Position numbers and translations under genes: made by a program. Positions 45,041 to 57,496 of a stretch of DNA of 64,000 nt are shown here, one piece after another. Origin of the DNA: Eledone cirrhosa. Its lineage: Eukaryota. Numbering within the stretch: position 1 is the first letter of the stretch; every line of letters starts with the position of its first letter. The notes beneath the pieces are model-generated. The model searched no databases and was not told where the DNA came from. It saw only the letters and a list, made by a program, of their open reading frames with translations. Location: contig OZ024750.1 of assembly GCA_964016885.1 (NCBI GenBank), forward strand, positions 14,074,001 through 14,138,000, written 5' to 3'.

Positions 45041-45513
45041 TTTATTTATCTATTTATTTATTTATTTATGTATTTATTTTATTGGCACATAAGCGGCAGA
45101 TGTGAATAAACAAAGAAATAAAATAAAAAATCATAAAATAAACTACACATAGTTAGTTTTAAAAAGATTTGAATGAATTGGGTTTAGAGGTCAGCAAAAC
45201 TTATAAAAAACTTCTATTTATCCAGTTGGCTGTTGATGACGTTGTTGCTGTTGTCGTTGTTGTTGTTGTTGTTTTTGGCGTTGTTTTCGTGTTCAAGTTG
45301 ACAATACAATAAACATACATTCAAATAAATATACGTACTCTCGCATTCACCTTCACGTATATATAATATATATTGGGTGGTCAAGTATGAAATTTGTAGA
45401 AATTTGTTGGGTTTTTTCCACAAATTTCTACAAATTTCATACTTGTGTGTGTGTGTGTGTGTGTGAAGGTAAATACGGTGTTTGAATGTATGTTTATTTA
45501 TATGCCTGTATGT

Positions 45514-45651
<138 letters not shown>

Positions 45652-45662
45652 ATATATGTATG

Positions 45663-45753
<91 letters not shown>

Positions 45754-45757
45754 GTAT

Positions 45758-45839
45758 CAGTGTGTCCCCAAAAATATATACATACTTCCTTCAACAGCAT
45801 TCTAATCAAAGTGTGTATACAATTTGGGTGGACACCCTG
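45758..45839. mobile_element. 82-bp Tc1-type MITE
   Basis: cagtgtgtccccaaaaatatatacatactt / aagtgtgtatacaatttgggtggacaccctg-TA. Confidence 0.6.
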
Positions 45840-45856
45840 TATATAGAGCGGGAGGG

Positions 45857-45908
45857 GTCGTTCTGATGAGATGATGAGAACCAGTTCAATTCGAAATGTG
45901 TCGACGAT
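45857..45908 (+). ncRNA. Type-I hammerhead ribozyme motif (decayed)
   Basis: gtcgtt-CTGATGA-gatga..tcaattc-GAAA-tgtg-TC-gacgat. TGTG is interpretable as CpG-decayed CGCG. Confidence 0.6.
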
Positions 45909-46459
45909 TGTCCCCCTTACTTCTGCTGGACACTACCAGGTGGCGATAGCCGCCGGTGTTTTCGCATAGTTACGGCTTTCTAAATATATATTTATAATCA
46001 TACCGTATTTCTTTTGAAACACAAAATTCCAATACATATCTGTATACAGCTATGCTCTAATATATATAGGCATATACATTCACACATTCCTGTAAATGAT
46101 CATAGTCACATATTCAGAGATATATACCTCTACATACATACACACCACATGCGTATGATTAAACCGGTCTAACCACATCAAGAAGGTTACCTTGAAAAAC
46201 TCTACCATTAATATTAACAGTAATAATATACTAGCATTAGTAATTTGAACTCTAACTACATACCGTATAATATTTGGTCGCCAAGTACGAAATTTATAGA
46301 AATTTGTTTGTTTTTTTTTCAAATTTCTACAAATTTCATACTTGACGTCACATCTGTACAAAATCTATTTCTGAATGTAACTAGAGTTCCTAGTAGTTGG
46401 CCCCTAAATGGCCATTCCCTTAAGAAAAATACTAACTTTTATATATTCCTTTATATATA

Positions 46460-46835
46460 GCCAGCCGCGCTAAACTGGCCAGATGGATTGAAGAGGCATG
46501 CAATGTTTGGGTCACCTTTTCTAGACCTCAACAGATTTACTGGTGAGCAGTGCTGCTCCTAAAAGGGCTGCCCGGTTGCCCTTGAAACAACCGAAAGTTA
46601 TCTCTACCACAGATCGATCAACTAGGGCCTTTGTGTCTACGAAAAGCAGCCAGTGTGCAGATCCGCAGCTACGTATCTCCAGCCCACCAGATCTATGCGT
46701 GACCCCGCCTTCCCATCGCTACTGGACTTCAAAAGTCAAGAACACAAGATGATAAATCTTAAGTGTTAAGTGTTCTAGGTAACATGTAGTCCAGTGCAAC
46801 CTGTCGCATGGTCGTGTTGTCGGCATCACTCCAAC
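46460..46835 (-). mobile_element. Probable degenerate RTE-like LINE 3' fragment
   Basis: GC-richer island with only faint G-RR.G motif remnants on the minus strand. Confidence 0.3.
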
Positions 46836-47124
46836 CTGCGGGATGAAAAACAAAACCCTACAAAAGGCAGAGAAACTCATGAGAGTTAACAGTTATTCAA
46901 TAGTATGTAGAAATATTCGGGTTGGTGTCAGAGAGCACACTAAACTCACTGGAACTGAGGGGCCCCTGGCCTTTATCAAGGCATCCTTCTAGGAGAGGGT
47001 TAACTCGTATATAAAACTGATCCTTTATTGTGCCCGATATCTTGCACTTTGGTTTCTCGGGGGGGGGAGGTTGTGGTATTGTTAATGAGAGTTACTGTGG
47101 TGCAAGCTGAACTCGACTTAAAAT

Positions 47125-47505
47125 ATACATACATACATACATACATACATACATACATACATACATACATACATACATACGTACGTACGTACGTACATAC
47201 ATACATACATACATACGTACGTACGTACATACATACATACATACATACATAGATACATACATACATACATACATACATACATACGTACATACATACATAC
47301 ATACATACATACATACATACATACATACATACATACATACATACATACATACGTACGTACATACATACGTACATACATACATACATACATACATACATAC
47401 ATACATACATACATACATACATACATACGTACGTACGTACGTACATACAAACATACATACATACATACATACATACATACATACATACATACATACATAC
47501 ATACA
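47125..47505. repeat. (TACA)n tetranucleotide repeat
   Basis: Direct inspection. Similar tract at 63685-64000. Confidence 0.97.
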
Positions 47506-47816
47506 TGATGATGATGGCTGCCCCCTCGTTATCGAGTATGGCCATTGCACGATATACCATTATTAATAATAATTAATTAATTCTATCGTGCAATGCCTGT
47601 GCGTGAAGATATTTTTTAAAGTGACGAAAAACTGTGCACTGAGCCAATCCCACTCTCTGAGCGACAGTAGCTATAACCCGAAAAGAAGAAAAGATCAACA
47701 TCATCGGTAACTACTGAGCCGCAGGTTTTTTATCATGCATACATACATACATACATACATACATACATACATACATACATACATACATACATACATACAT
47801 ACACACAAGTGGTAAG

Positions 47817-47879
<63 letters not shown>

Positions 47880-47987
47880 TATTGAAATTTCCGTTGAAAA
47901 CAGAAAAGGTCATAGAAGTGAAGAGTGCTCTATGTAAGTACCAGAGCAAAATTTAATGTATAAAAATCAATACAATATAATTACCTC

Positions 47988-48050
47988 ATTACCAGAGGTT
48001 TCCCGAATGAGGCGAATACGAAAGAAACGTCTTCATTCGTTCGTCAGAAC
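47988..48050 (-). ncRNA. Hammerhead motif with disrupted stem I
   Basis: Minus strand: CTGACGA-a[cgaatga..tcattcg]g-GAAA-cctctgg-TA-atg. Stem III resembles that at 32594. Confidence 0.55.
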
Positions 48051-48053
48051 AAT

Positions 48054-48399
48054 TCGTTCGGCAAAACAATAACCAGCTTGCACCAAATACTGGTATGGGG
48101 TGTCGGATGTTTATCATATATATATATCAGAGCAAACAACACGGACACTCTATCTTAAAATTATTTTTGAAAAGCATTTAGAAATGCGCAACCGGTAAAA
48201 ACTTAAAAACTTAAAACCACAACTGAATACTAACCCATACAATCACTAATACTTTTTTATTCCTAATTAAACCATTTTTCAACTGTGAACAATTTGTCAC
48301 CATTTTCTATTCCGTTTACCAATATATATATATATATGATAAACATCCGTCACCCATACCAGTATTTGGTGCAAGCTGGTTATTGTTTTGCCGGAACGA
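48054..48399. repeat. Inverted repeat, about 75-bp arms around a 200-bp spacer
   Basis: ggcaaaacaataaccagcttgcaccaaatactggtatggg mirrored at 48353-48392. Confidence 0.9.
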
Positions 48400-48511
48400 C
48401 TGGAAGGGCTGTGTGCTTTTTACTTAGTCGTATGATTTACCAAAGATAATTTAATATTAGTATTTATCATGTTTATATATTTAAATACATTTGGTTTATT
48501 TAGCGCTTCTA

Positions 48512-49508
48512 CGAGGGTCGGCTGAAATGATCATATGCTGAAAAGTTCATAGGCTGACCAGGATACTCTCATGAAATGACCAAATGAGGTATATTTTTCA
48601 ACACAGTCCCTGGGAAGAAACAATGGAGTTATTAATAAAAAGAGTTTAAATTAATGCATGCATGATTTCGCAGCTCTAGCATCACTTCTTCATAGTCAGC
48701 CTATGAAAAGTTCATAGACTGACCAAGATATTCTCATGAAATGACCAAATGAGGTTTATTTTTCAACATAGTCTATGGAAAGAAACAATGCATTTATTAA
48801 TAAGAACTAGCAGAAAAACCACCCGAAGTGGTTTTCTGCTAGCATGTGTAGTGTATATATTGATATTATACGCAAGTATATATGCATGTAGATATGATAC
48901 ATCAATATTATCGTAATTGACAATATACATAGAAATTGAACGAAGACTGCGTTACACTCTCTTATGTAATCAGTAACGTAATCCATGATACATTAAAAAG
49001 ACGATATTATATATAAACTGCGGTGGATTGGCAGTATCGGTAGAGAGTCGGACACCATGCTTTCCAGCATAGTTACGTCCCTTTACAGTCTGAGTTCAAA
49101 TCCCGCCGAGGTTTACTTTGCCTTTCATCCTTACGGGGTCGATAAAATAAAGTACCAGTAATACACTGGGTAATTGCTGGCCTTGTGCCTAAAGTAGAAA
49201 CAATTATATATAAACTGCATTAGGAGAAAATTAGTGACGGAAAAATGTTTATTTAAGCGATCGCTAACCGGAAATGTTGACATTTGAAAATTTTTAAGAA
49301 GTGAATCTTTAAGTAAGCAACAGTATTATTTATATTTAATGAAGAATAACGAAATCTAGTAGATAAATTATGTAATATTCATTCATTATTTATTCAAAGT
49401 AATCCAACTTATTTTACAAACGGGATAAAAAAATATATATTCTGGACGCAGTCCCGCACTCCTTACTTTATTATAGTTTAGATTGTTGAAATTAATGCAT
49501 GCAAGATT
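48512..49508. mobile_element. Mariner-type MITE interrupted by a Helitron
   Basis: TA-cgagggtcggctgaaa start. The internal repeat breaks at 48806 and resumes at 49483. Confidence 0.78.
48807..49482 (-). mobile_element. Non-autonomous Helitron with nested SINE-1 (49021-49206)
   Basis: Minus strand A|TCTAAACTATAATAAAG...hairpin...CTAG|T with no TSD. The SINE is flanked by duplicated ttatatataaactgc. Confidence 0.85.
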
Positions 49509-49774
49509 TATATATATATAATGTGGTACCACAGCATGGCCGTAGTCACATGACTGAAAACTGTAAAAGAATAAAAGCAAGAATATGTATGTGTGTGTTT
49601 CTGTGTCTCTGTGTGCGTGTGTGTGTCTCCGTGTGTGAGTGTGTGTGTGTGCGTGTGTGTATGTGGGAGTAGTGTTTGTTTCCGAATGTGTCTAAGTAGA
49701 TATACGCACACGGATACACATATACACACTTACACACAGACACTTTTACATGTCTTAAGTTTACACACAATATA

Positions 49775-50250
49775 CAGGGTGCGGGCGATATTTGTCTAGG
49801 AAAAAGTAACAGTAGTTTTATTTTTTAAGATATATTTATCAAACTAGCATCGACTTGCTAGGTTCATTGTTGATGATATCCTGAACTTCAGCGACGAACT
49901 CGGGCGTTCTGAAGGCGTCAGATCGTCGATCATGTGTTTTCCTCTCTGATGTTGCTTCGTAGTCGAATCCTGAATCTTCCAATTCCTTTCTGACCTTTTC
50001 CACCATTCTCCCGCTGACGCTGAGAAAGTCTGAAATCTCCTTATTTGTCCTCCAGGCGAGGATTTCAAGAAGAACTCCGTGTCTCTTCCACAAATTTGGA
50101 GGTTCTAAATTATTCATAATCAATTATTCTGAAAATAAATAATTGAAATATAGTCATTGTTTTTATGAAGACAAGAGTGACAACGGAAGTAAACAAAATT
50201 TGCATAAAATTAGCAGTTGAAAATTGCGAACAAATATCGTCCACACCCTG
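49775..50250 (-). mobile_element. Internally deleted Tc1/mariner-superfamily element
   Basis: 21-bp TIRs (cagggtgcgggcgatatttgt / acaaatatcgtccacaccctg), TA duplication, and N-terminal HTH remnant KRHGVLLEILAWRTNKEISDFLSVSGRMVEKVRKEL...RTPEFVAEVQDIINNEPSKSM. Confidence 0.9.
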
Positions 50251-50275
50251 TACACTTCATCACACGTAATCGGTC

Positions 50276-50331
<56 letters not shown>

Positions 50332-50491
50332 TTCCTTTGCCAGCCTTCATCTCTATATTATCACCGCCCCCCCCCCCCTCTCTTACTTTCTGCCTTTCTT
50401 TCTCTCATTTACGTCAGTCAGTTCTCACTCAGCACTATAACTTCTTGCGACTGACCTACATACACAGACACACGCACACACACGCGCGCGC

Positions 50492-50547
<56 letters not shown>

Positions 50548-50726
50548 CCAGTGACAAAATCGTTCTATTAAGGTTCTAGCCGCCAGTAAATGCGATTTAA
50601 GCCGAGAGAATACAACCGAAACAATCACAACAGTCTACTTTTCCATTTTACAAGGAAGTCTTGAACCCGCTTTAGGAGGTTTTTGTCGGTAAGTAAACAA
50701 TGAAAATAATGCTTCAATCATTTACA

Positions 50727-50792
<66 letters not shown>

Positions 50793-50800
50793 TATATATA

Positions 50801-51204
50801 TATATTAATATTAATAATAGGAATTCCAACTTTGTCTGATTTACTCGTTTTATTTACAATCCTTTAAAATATATATAATGGTATTATAATGAAATAGTAT
50901 GATAGAATATTAAATTCTAAGTGTTAATTGAACAAGTACTTTCATGCTTTCGCAATCTTCAGGTTCATATGTGGTGACAGTCGAGTTTGCAATTTTCAAC
51001 AGTTGAAAATTGCAAACTCGACTGTCACCACATATCATGAACCTGAAGATTGCAAAAGCATGAAAGTACTTGTTCAATTAACACTTAGAATTTAATATTC
51101 TATCATACTATTTCATTATAATACCATTATATATATTTTAAAGGATTGTAAATAAAACGAGTAAATCAGACAAAGTTGGAATTCCTCTTATTAATATTAA
51201 TATA
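50801..51204. mobile_element. Fold-back element, about 200-bp arms, an intact hammerhead motif in each arm
   Basis: Near-perfect palindrome centred on 51001. Confidence 0.9.
51038..51076 (+). ncRNA. Minimal type-I hammerhead ribozyme (mirror copy 50929-50967, minus)
   Basis: tgaac-CTGAAGA-t-tgc-aaaa-gca-t-GAAA-gtac-TT-gttca. The minus copy has a GAAA tetraloop on stem II. Confidence 0.85.
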
Positions 51205-51254
51205 ATCTTCTATACACAATCATACACACCCGTGTATATTTACCTATCTATATC

Positions 51255-51320
<66 letters not shown>

Positions 51321-51324
<4 letters not shown>

Positions 51325-51512
51325 AACGAGTAGGACCCCGACGGCTGAGCTCAAGCCGCCCCGACGGCTAATTCTGGACTCTGAGTCCAGAATTAGCCGT
51401 CGGGGCGGCTTGGGCTCGGCCGTCGGGTCCTACTCGTTCCTATTACCCATTCTACTACCCTAAGTATTGAGTACTTTGGTGCGTTATGGTCCACCTGGTT
51501 CCTTACCACATT
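51321..51512 (+). mobile_element. Fold-back element of the 13583 family
   Basis: 60-bp arms around ctg (51381-51383). The 3' tail is nearly identical to 13650-13732. Confidence 0.85.
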
Positions 51513-51848
51513 TCTACAGGATAAACTTATATATATATAATTATATATTATTATTATATAATTTTTCTTATATTTATTTGTGTGTGTGAGTATGTAGGTG
51601 TGTGTATATATTTCTATATTTGTGCATGCGTATGTATACGTGTATATATATGTGTGTATGTATGTGTATGTATGTACGTGTGTATATACGTATGATTGTG
51701 TGTATGTATGCATGTGTATGTATATATGTATGTATATGTATGTGTATGTATATATATATATGTATATGTGTGCGTGCGTATATATATATGTATGTGTGTG
51801 TATGTATGTATATATATATGTTTATGTATATATATATATATATGCATG

Positions 51849-51881
<33 letters not shown>

Positions 51882-52320
51882 ATGCGCGTTTGTGTATTTG
51901 TATGTATGTGTATGTATGGATATGTTGATATTTATGTGTGTATGTATGTATGTGTATATGTATGTGTATGGATATATACATATATATATATACACATATA
52001 TATACACATATATATATATACACATATATATGTGTGTGTGTGTATATGTATGTGTGTATGTATATATATATATATGTGAATGTATATATTTGTGTGTGTG
52101 TGTGTTTGCATGTGTGTTTTTATTTTTCCTATCCTTCTTCCTTTTCCAGCCTCACTTTCATATAGATTATATTTTTGTTTTTAAAATCCAACGCCAATAA
52201 ATACACCAGGATTTTTTCATTCTGATGATTGAAAGCAAAAATTTTTTGCTTTAAAGAAACCACTGGTAAATGAAATAATTGCCTTATGTTGTTTATTACA
52301 TAACTATATATATATATATA

Positions 52321-54544
52321 ATTTAATACAATAACAGAGATAGTTTAAAGCTAAACTCTGACTGGTATCCATCTCACTCAACAAACATTAGGTTATATTT
52401 AAATATAAACCCAATTTAAGTGTTTGGGGTGCTAACAATATGTATAATGTGGAAAAACCAGTTGTATTATTTTATGAGATATAATTAAAGTTAAAATACA
52501 TCTCTCTTTCCAAACAATTGTTTCATTATAAGTTTTCTACAAGTTGGGAGAATATTTCTAGTTTATGTAAAAGCCTAATATATATTCATATAAGAATATA
52601 TTTAGGTGGGCGCTTATAAATCATCAGTGGAAGCCCATTAAACTTTTATATAAGAAAGAAATTCTTACCGCAGTCAAAAATCGTGTCTGTTAAGTTGCTC
52701 CTTCTCACATCAAATGACCGCCAAATTTGAAATTCCAGCAGTTCTTGACTGAGGAAGTATCATAGCGACACGAAGCGGGAAGGGGAGACAACTACGATCC
52801 ACGAAAGGAGGGAAAAAAAATAATAATATACACGCGGGTTAATTAGTTTTTTCGAAAACATTATCAATCCAACGTGTTAAGAACTCAATTGAAAATTAAA
52901 AAAATAAATATATGCGTGTATAAATTACACACGCATATAGATATTTTCTTAGGCTAAAATCAGAGGTTGTACCTGAATAAGAAACCGCTTCTCATAACCG
53001 CAGTAAATACAGAAAGTTATGCTATAAAGGGCAAATGGGAATGTAAATCTCCGGCCGAATTAAGAGTAAAATATAAAACACACGCGGGTTAATTAGTCAT
53101 TTCAAAACTAATATCAATTCCTCGTGTAAAGAACTCAATTAATTAAAGAAAATAAATGTATGCATGTAATTATATACATAGGCATATATATATTTTCTTC
53201 GGCTAAAAAACAGAGAAGTTACAACTAAAAAAAAAACCACAACATTTCACAACAGTAATAAATACGGAAAGTCAAATTCATAAGGTACCTGGAAATAAAC
53301 ACCTCTGGCCAATCAAGAGTAAATATTTAATACAATAACAGAGATAGTTTAAAGCTAAACTCTGACTGGTATCCATCTCACTCAACAAACATTAGGTTAT
53401 ATTTAAATATAAACCCAATTTAAGTGTTTGGGGTGCTAACAATATGTATAATGTGGAAAAACCAGTTGTATTATTTTATGAGATATAATTAAAGTTAAAA
53501 TACATCTCTCTTTCCAAACAATTGTTTCATTATAAGTTTTCTACAAGTTGGGAGAATATTTCTAGTTTATGTAAAAGCCTAATATATATTCATATAAGAA
53601 TATATTTAGGTGGGCGCTTATAAATCATCAGTGGAAGCCCATTAAACTTTTATATAAGAAAGAAATTCTTACCGCAGTCAAAAATCGTGTCTGTTAAGTT
53701 GCTCCTTCTCACATCAAATGACCGCCAAATTTGAAATTCCAGCAGTTCTTGACTGAGGAAGTATCATAGCGACACGAAGCGGGAAGGGGAGACAACTACG
53801 ATCCACGAAAGGAGGGAAAAAAAATAATAATATACACGCGGGTTAATTAGTTTTTTCGAAAACATTATCAATCCAACGTGTTAAGAACTCAATTGAAAAT
53901 TAAAAAAATAAATATATGCGTGTATAAATTACACACGCATATAAATATTTTCTTAGGCTAAAATCAGAGGTTGTACCTGAATAAGAAACCGCTTCTCATA
54001 ACCGCAGTAAATACAGAAAGTTATGCTATAAAGGGCAAATGGGAATGTAAATCTCCGGCCGAATTAAGAGTAAAATATAAAACACACGCGGGTTAATTAG
54101 TCATTTCAAAACTAATATCAATTCCTCGTGTAAAGAACTCAATTAATTAAAGAAAATAAATGTATGCATGTAATTATATACATAGGCATATATATATTTT
54201 CTTCGGCTAAAAAACAGAGAAGTTACAACTAAAAAAAAAACCACAACATTTCACAACAGTAATAAATACGGAAAGTCAAATTCATAAGGTACCTGGAAAT
54301 AAACACCTCTGGCCAATCAAGAGTAAATATTTAATACAATAACAGAGATAGTTTAAAGCTAAACTCTGACTGGTATCCATCTCACTCAACAAACATTAGG
54401 TTATATTTAAATATAAACCCAAGTTAAGTGTTTGGGGTGCTAACAATATGTATAATGTGGAAAAACCAGTTGTATTATTTTATGAGATATAATTAAAGTT
54501 AAAATACATCTCTCTTTCCAAACAATTGTTTCATTACAAGTTTT
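52321..54544. repeat. Tandem repeat, 1004-bp unit, about 2.2 near-identical copies
   Basis: atttaatacaataacagagatagtttaaagc starts at 52321, 53325 and 54329. Each unit contains two diverged subrepeats of about 250 bp (cacgcgggttaattagt...). Confidence 0.95.
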
Positions 54545-54754
54545 AAATATATATTATATATCAAACTGACATATAACGGACATTAATTAGCCCCCCCCCC
54601 CCCCTGCTTTAAAATAAGAATGTAATTACAAAACAAACAAACAAATAGACGAAAACATAGACAGACATATCCCGAAGCTTTTAAAATTTCTAATTTAAAA
54701 TCCAACTTTCATCATATGCAGGAGAATGGACAGCGAGACGTTTTAATGCTTTAT

Positions 54755-55810
54755 TGTATGACTGTATGACTGCATGACTGTATGACTGTATGACTGTATG
54801 GCTGAATGGGGCTATGGCTGTATGGCTGTATGGCTGTATGACTGTATGACTGTAAGGCTGTATGGCTGTATAACTTTATGGCTGTATGTTTGTATGGCTG
54901 TATGACTGTATGGCTGTATGACTATATGACTGTATGGCTGTATGACTGTATAACTTTATGGCTGTATGTTTGTATGACGGTATGACTGTGTGACTGTATG
55001 GCTTTATGACTGTATGGCTGAATGACTATATGACTGTATAGCTGTATGGCTGTATGACTATATGACTTATGGCTGTATGACTATATGACTGTATGGCTGT
55101 ATGGCTGAATGACTGTATGACTGTATGTCTGTATGACGGTATGACTGTATAACTATATGGCTGTATGGTTGTATGGTTGTATGACTGTGTGACTGTATGA
55201 CTATATGACTGTATGGCTGTATGGCTGTATGACTGTATAACTTTATGGCTGTATGTTTGTATGACGGTATGACTGTGTGACTGTATGGCTTTATGACTGT
55301 ATGGCTGAATGGCTGTATGACTATATGACTGTATGGCTGAATGACTATATGACTGCATGGCTGTATGGCTGAATGACTGTATGACTGTTTGGCTGTATGA
55401 CTATATGGCTGTATGGCTGAATGACTATATGGCTGTATGTCTGTATGACGGTATGACTGTATAACTATATGGGTGTATGGTTGTATGGTTGTATGGTTGT
55501 ATGACTGTGTGGCTGTATGGCTTTATGACTGTATGGCTGTATGACTGTATGACTGTATAACTTTATGGCTGAATGACTATATGGCTGTATGTTTGTATGA
55601 CGGTATGACTGTGTGACTGTATGGCTTTATGACTGTATGGCTGTATGACTGTATGACTGTATAACTATATGGCTGAATGACTATATGGCTGTATGTCTGT
55701 ATGACTGTATGGTTGTATGGCTGTATGGCTGTATGGCTGTATGGCTGTATGGCTGTATGGCTGTATGGCTGTATAACTGTGTGGGTGCATGGCTATATGT
55801 CTATATGGCT
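54755..55810. repeat. 8-mer satellite (TGTATGAC/TGTATGGC)n
   Basis: Direct inspection. Confidence 0.95.
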
Positions 55811-55929
55811 GTTGATTGCAGAGTCGAGCTAAATCGATACAGATCGAACCTTGAGCTGATCAATAGCGAAACGCGCGTCATCAACCAATAAACGTAATGA
55901 AGGAGTAACCACTCGTCCTTGTTTTATTT

Positions 55930-56025
<96 letters not shown>

Positions 56026-56110
56026 CAACTATACCTACATTCTCTAGCTAAGTATAGGTATTTGTAATAAGTTACCTCTACCATTTAATCTACCGCGCCA
56101 TGAAGTGAAA

Positions 56111-56255
56111 TAATTGTTTCTACTTTTGGCACAAGGCCAGCAATTACCCAGTACATTACTGGTACTTTATTTTATCGACCCCGTATGGATGAAAGGCAAA
56201 GTTAACCTCGACGGGATTAACTTTGCCTTTCATCCATACGGGGGTCTATAAAATG
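56111..56255. mobile_element. SINE-1 fragment with internal inversion
   Basis: Minus-strand 3' half followed by plus-strand ttaactttgcctttcatccatacgggg. Confidence 0.8.
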
Positions 56256-56448
56256 GAGTGAAATAATAATATGTATTCTGTTACATATCTATCATCATGT
56301 AACATATCTATCTTCGTTGGTATTGTGAGCATGGCGTGGTGTTCGTTAAGTCATTGACCGACTACGTGTGGTCCTTTGAATAATTCACAGGTCGAACTTA
56401 AGTGTTTGGAATTAATTAATTAATGTTCCCTTTCCTTCATTATTTGAA

Positions 56449-56932
56449 CTAGCAGAAAAACCAGTCTTCGGGTGGTTTCCTGCTAGCATGTGTAGTGTGA
56501 ATATTGATATTATACGCAATATATATGCATGTAGGTATGATACATCAAATAAAATCGTAATTGACAATATATAATACATAGAAATTGAACGAAGACTGCG
56601 TTACACTCTCTTATGTAATCAGTAACGTAATCCATGATACATTAAAAAAGACGATATTATATATAAACTGCATTAGGAGAAAATTAGTGATGGAAATATA
56701 TGAATGTTTATTTAAGCGATCGCTAACCGGAAGTGTTGACATTTGAAAATTTTAAAAGAAGTGAATCTTAAAATAAGCCACAATATTATTTATATTTAAT
56801 CAAGAATAACGAAATTTAGTAGATAAATTATGTAATATTCATTCATTATTTAATCCAATTTATTTTACAAACGGGATAAAAAAAATATATTCTGGACGCA
56901 GTCCCGCACTCCTTACTTTATTATAGTTTAGA
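56449..56932 (-). mobile_element. Non-autonomous Helitron, uninterrupted 484-bp copy
   Basis: A|TC...subterminal hairpin (ctagcagaaaaacc..ggtttcctgctag)...CTAG|T. Confidence 0.85.
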
Positions 56933-57071
56933 TATTCTCAGTCACTTGTAACCTATTTTCTTTGAACTTTGCGGAGTTGAGCTGGACTATCACGTTGGTC
57001 TTGGTTGTCCCACAGTACATTCTTGTCCTTAATATAAACGCGTATGGGCGCTGATAGCTTGATTCTAAAAG

Positions 57072-57332
57072 TCTAAAGTCTGTCTTAAGGCTCATTTGGC
57101 CGGTGCTTATCCCGGTTTTACGGCGTGAAGCGACTGAGAGTACAAGACTCCCTCCTGGACAGGACGCCAGTCTATCACAGGGTTAAACCTCCAGCTATTG
57201 CTGGTACTCATTTTCAGCTGAGTATACTGGAGTAACGTGAAATGAAGTGTTTTGCTCAAGAACACAACACACAACCCAAAAATCGAACGCACATTATGAT
57301 CGTAAGTCCAACACCCTTACCACTAGGCCACA
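57072..57332 (-). mobile_element. tRNA-derived SINE, group 2
   Basis: Same modules as 521-781. Confidence 0.85.
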
Positions 57333-57424
57333 ATAGCTTGATTAACCCTTAATAATTCTATTTTCTATTTTTTTATTTCGAAAATCATTACGGCGTAATC
57401 TTATGGAACTAATTCTGCAATCAA

Positions 57425-57496
57425 CACCTGATGAAATCATCTACGTCTTGCATCATGATCCGTTGATAAGGCTGGGCCATCGAAATATGTATAGTG
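57425..57496 (+). ncRNA. Degenerate hammerhead motif
   Basis: cac-CTGATGA-(47 nt, poorly paired)-GAAA-tatgta-TA-gtg, followed by AATAAA. Confidence 0.4.

Noticed and set aside
52216-52256. CTGATGA-tt-GAAA followed by a hairpin
   Set aside because: No stem II and no stem I. Similar chance matches at 17143 and 1087 were also discarded.
54755-55810. Telomeric or coding interpretation of the 8-mer array
   Set aside because: It is not TTAGGG-like and is internal. Its ORFs are low-complexity artefacts.
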